A model generated the notes under the pieces. That model was not told where the DNA came from. It worked only from the letters and a program-made list of their open reading frames with translations, and did not search any database. 26,776 nt of DNA, from positions 64,001 through 90,776 of IMG/VR virus record IMGVR_UViG_3300037258_000549, one strand, 5' to 3'. Made by a program: the position numbers and the translations under genes. The DNA is from a virus. Its lineage: Duplodnaviria > Heunggongvirae > Uroviricota > Caudoviricetes. How positions within the stretch are numbered: the first letter of the stretch is position 1; each line of letters begins with the position of its first letter. Positions 24,312 through 26,776 of the stretch are shown here, one piece after another.

Positions 24312-25117
24312 GTTACATCCACCAGCCGCAGCCCGGCGTGGTCATCGCCGTGGTCGGCAGCGGCCTGGCCGGCTACCTGGTCGGCGTCGGGCAAGCTATC
24401 GCCGGGAAGCCGTCGCTGGGCACCCATGTCGTGGGAGTCACCCACCAGGACGCCAAAGGCCGGTGGATGGGCATTGAAGGGCGTCCCGGCGGCGTCGGAC
24501 TGGTCGACTGCACGCCGTACCTGGCTGACTCCCGGGCTCGCAGCAACTACCTGCAGCCTAAGCCGGACGATCACGGGCAGCTGGCCGCGTTCCTGGCCGG
24601 GGCCGCCAAGTCCCTCGGCATCGGTTACGACTGGGCAGGCATCGCCGGGGATATCGCGGACACGGTGGCACCGGACCTGTCGGCGGACATCGACCACCTG
24701 TGGCGCTGGCCAACATACAAGGGCCAGCTGCCCGGCCACGTCGTCTGCAGTTCACTATTCGCGGCTCTTTACGACCTGCCTCAAGTGGGCTGGCAACACC
24801 CTGACCTGGGGAAAGAACGGATGTGCCTGCCCGAAGCATGGTGGAACTGGTGCGACGGGGAACTCTGGGCTTCTTTAGGTAGACTGGGTGATACACGCTG
24901 CATCAGGGCAGCTAGGCAAACCCTCCCCCTCCGGCCGACTGTCCAGGCCTGGCCCAAACCGCTCCGCCCACGCCGACTAACCACGTCAGTCCCCAACCCC
25001 CCCGCCCCATGTCGACCTGCCAGACCTGGTCCCAACGGCCCGCTCCACCTCCGCCCACCCCGACTGGCCAACCCGGCCCATCCCCCTCCCGCCCTGACCT
25101 GCCAGACCCGGTCCTAA
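24308..25117 (+). CDS. Permuted NlpC/P60 (YiiX/YebB-like) papain-fold enzyme; ORF reads on into array 2
   Basis: His precedes Cys: THVVGV...IEGRPGGV...GIGYDW...VVCSSLFAALY. The domain ends near 24875; the remainder is array-derived Pro-rich sequence. Confidence 0.7.
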   Translation: MSYIHQPQPGVVIAVVGSGLAGYLVGVGQAIAGKPSLGTHVVGVTHQDAKGRWMGIEGRPGGVGLVDCTPYLADSRARSNYLQPKPDDHGQLAAFLAGAAKSLGIGYDWAGIAGDIADTVAPDLSADIDHLWRWPTYKGQLPGHVVCSSLFAALYDLPQVGWQHPDLGKERMCLPEAWWNWCDGELWASLGRLGDTRCIRAARQTLPLRPTVQAWPKPLRPRRLTTSVPNPPAPCRPARPGPNGPLHLRPPRLANPAHPPPALTCQTRS

Positions 25118-25628
25118 CGGCCCGCTTCGTTCCTGCCTAGCCCAGCCGACTATTCAAGCCATCCCGTCCCGCTCCGTGCCGACTACTCCAGCCAGGCCAT
25201 CCCGAGCCCGGCCCGGCCGACTAACCTAACCACCACCCGCCCAGCCCGTGCCGACTACACGCACCATGCCAATCCGGTCCCGCCCGTACTGACCTGCCCG
25301 ACCAAAACTGCCCTCCCCGCACCGACCAGCCACTCCGCGGCACGCCACCCCGAGTCCGCCCGTCCCTAGCCGACTTGCCAGCACATCCCTGCCCGCGCTG
25401 ACGGTCCGATCCCTGCCCTGCCATCCCCTGCCGACAGACCATCCCTGCCCGGTCCAGGCCTTACCGACGCCCCGCGCCCTCACGCTCCGGGTCAACCCGC
25501 TCCGGTCCGGCCCTCACCGACATACCTAGCCTTACCTGCGCTGACGGTCCGATCCCTGCCCTGCCTAGCCGCTCCGACTGACCAGCCCCTACCGCCACGA
25601 CCCCTTCCGACTAGCCAGCTCCCGCCGA
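24930..25628 (+). repeat. Array 2: degenerate (NNNCC)n-GAC repeat array, same grammar and strand as array 1
   Basis: Units of 38, 39, 48, 34, 52, 33, 38, 34, 38, 33, 48, 28, 33, 33, 53, 24, 33, 33 and 18 nt, e.g. tattc aagcc atccc gtccc gctcc gtgcc gac. Confidence 0.9.
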
Positions 25629-25648
25629 CCCGGCCCCGGGGAAAGGAG

Positions 25649-25713
25649 AAGCCCCGCTCTCCCTGCGCAGCCCCTCATGAACGAGGCAGCCGGGAAGAGC
25701 GGGGCTTTTACTT
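25649..25713. terminator. Probable bidirectional intrinsic terminator with a large structured loop
   Basis: AAGCCCCGCTCT (25649-25660) pairs with AGAGCGGGGCTT (25696-25707), then TTACTTGTT on + and a pyrimidine run on -. It lies between array 2 and convergent genes. Confidence 0.7.
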
Positions 25714-25714
25714 G

Positions 25715-25834
25715 TTAGGCCTGAACGTTCCAGAAGTTCGTCTCAGCGGCCTTCGCCTCGGCAAGCTCCCACTGCTTCGGTCCGACGTGCGCCGGGGCGC
25801 TGCCACCATTGTCGCTGCATCGAGTGTCGTTCAC
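25715..25834 (-). CDS. 39-aa small protein MNDTRCSDNGGSAPAHVGPKQWELAEAKAAETNFWNVQA
   Basis: GTG at 25834 preceded by AAGGAAAGG at 7 nt spacing; it is the 3' part of the track ORF 25715..26017. Confidence 0.55.
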   Translation of the reverse strand: MNDTRCSDNGGSAPAHVGPKQWELAEAKAAETNFWNVQA

Positions 25835-25870
25835 TGAACTACCTTTCCTTCGGAGATAACCGGAGTAAGA

Positions 25871-25913
25871 CACCGGGACCGCTGCGACGGGCGTTCGCGC
25901 AGCAGTCCCGGTG
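25871..25913. other. Long stem-loop between the NlpC/P60 gene and the 39-aa ORF
   Basis: CACCGGGAC pairs with GTCCCGGTG, one mismatch, then GCTGCG pairs with CGCAGC. Confidence 0.6.
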
Positions 25914-25971
25914 CTGCCCTTCCCTGTCCTCCAGGGAAGATGTGGAGACTCTATCAGACTACTCGATGGTA

Positions 25972-26427
25972 CTAAGCGATGTTGAAGAATGCGCTGGGCC
26001 GCCAGTACGCGTTCCACTGGTGGTAACCCACCCGCGTCCCGGTGTTCAGTGCGCCGAACGTCCGGTCATGACCACGCGCCACGATCTCCACATGGCCCGT
26101 ACCAAAAAATGCGAGCGACCCGGCGACCGGGTGCCGGGTTGGCACTAGCAGGCCGTCTGCCACCCCGGTAGACAGCATCTCGGCGGTGTCGCGGGGCATG
26201 TTCACGCCCAGCTGGTGACTGGCCCACGCCACGAGCCCACTACAGTCAAAAACAGTCGGGCCGTCCGCGCCGTACACGTACCAGTCACCGGCCCGGGTCT
26301 GCGCCTCGGCGAGGACGCGGGCACCGAGTGATCCGGTTGCCGCGTGCGCCTGCCCGGTCAATAGGCCGGTCAGGGCAGCGAGAGCGGCCGTAACAGTAAG
26401 TACCAGGGTGAGCGCCCGGCGCCTCAT
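25972..26427 (-). CDS. Secreted NlpC/P60 peptidoglycan endopeptidase
   Basis: Signal peptide MRRRALTLVL...QAHA; YVYGADGPTVFDCSGL (catalytic Cys) and FFGTGHVEI (His). Confidence 0.92.
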   Translation of the reverse strand: MRRRALTLVLTVTAALAALTGLLTGQAHAATGSLGARVLAEAQTRAGDWYVYGADGPTVFDCSGLVAWASHQLGVNMPRDTAEMLSTGVADGLLVPTRHPVAGSLAFFGTGHVEIVARGHDRTFGALNTGTRVGYHQWNAYWRPSAFFNIA

Positions 26428-26776
26428 GCGGTCACCGCCAGGCGATCAGCGGACGGCAGCGCGAGAAATGCGTCGGTCCGGGTGCGCATGTGCGCGATGT
26501 GCGCGTCGGTCCGCGCCCGGATCATCGCGATGAACAGGTCAGTGTCGCTGAGCGGTGGCGGCGCGGGTGCCTTGTACTCCGACAGCGGCTGCCATCCGGA
26601 GTCACTGACCGGAACTGGGGCCGGGGAGAACACCGGCTGCCATCCGGTGTCACTGACCGGGGCAGCCAGCAGCTGAGGCTGCGGACCGGTGGCCGGGATG
26701 AAGACGGGAGCTGGCGCTTCGTCAGGAGCCTGGTAGAACTGCGGCAGCCAGGAAGCGGCGTCCTGGTGGCCGGGGG
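26424..26776 (-). CDS. Pro-rich hypothetical protein, 5' end outside the window
   Basis: The frame is open from the window edge (PGHQDAASWLPQFYQAP...) to the stop at 26424; internal repeat PVSDTGWQP / PVSDSGWQP. Confidence 0.6.
   Translation of the reverse strand, partial: PGHQDAASWLPQFYQAPDEAPAPVFIPATGPQPQLLAAPVSDTGWQPVFSPAPVPVSDSGWQPLSEYKAPAPPPLSDTDLFIAMIRARTDAHIAHMRTRTDAFLALPSADRLAVTA

Noticed and set aside
25221-25495. Minus-strand ORFs over array 2
   Set aside because: Low-complexity translations of the G-rich strand with no protein features.
25835-26017. 5' part of track ORF 25715..26017
   Set aside because: Overlaps the NlpC/P60 3' end and crosses a hairpin; the SD points to GTG 25834.

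Overview
A GC-rich segment of a tailed (siphovirus-like) phage or prophage, most likely infecting an actinobacterium. All family names below come from reading motifs by eye, not from database searches. 224-7551 is an accessory region: a DUF932-like protein, a lipoprotein, a Cys/His-repeat protein with a degenerate HNH-like C-terminus, a frameshifted CgeB-like glycosyltransferase and three HNH endonuclease genes. 7662-25117 (+) is a tail and lysis module: tail tube, G/GT-type tail chaperones, an HK97-gp10-like protein, a tape measure protein (TMP), a very large glycine-rich Dit-like protein, hub- and spike-like proteins, membrane proteins, a holin-like protein and a permuted NlpC/P60 enzyme. 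The TMP probably starts at ATT and has a LAGLIDADG intein inside its C-terminal lytic-transglycosylase domain. A fourth HNH gene sits antisense inside the tail module. 25715-26776 (-) carries a 39-aa ORF, a secreted NlpC/P60 protein and a gene cut by the window edge. The least explained structure appears non-coding. Two long, strand-skewed arrays (about 4981-6262 and 24930-25628) are built from NNNCC pentamers punctuated by GAC, with unit lengths mostly 5n+3. They share one orientation, sit at convergent gene junctions and bracket the tail module. A 30-nt element directly upstream of array 1 recurs (27/30) at the window start ahead of a highly structured region of about 190 nt. A bulged hairpin motif recurs three times in intergenic DNA. 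No terminase, portal, capsid, integrase, CRISPR array, tRNA or rRNA was seen.
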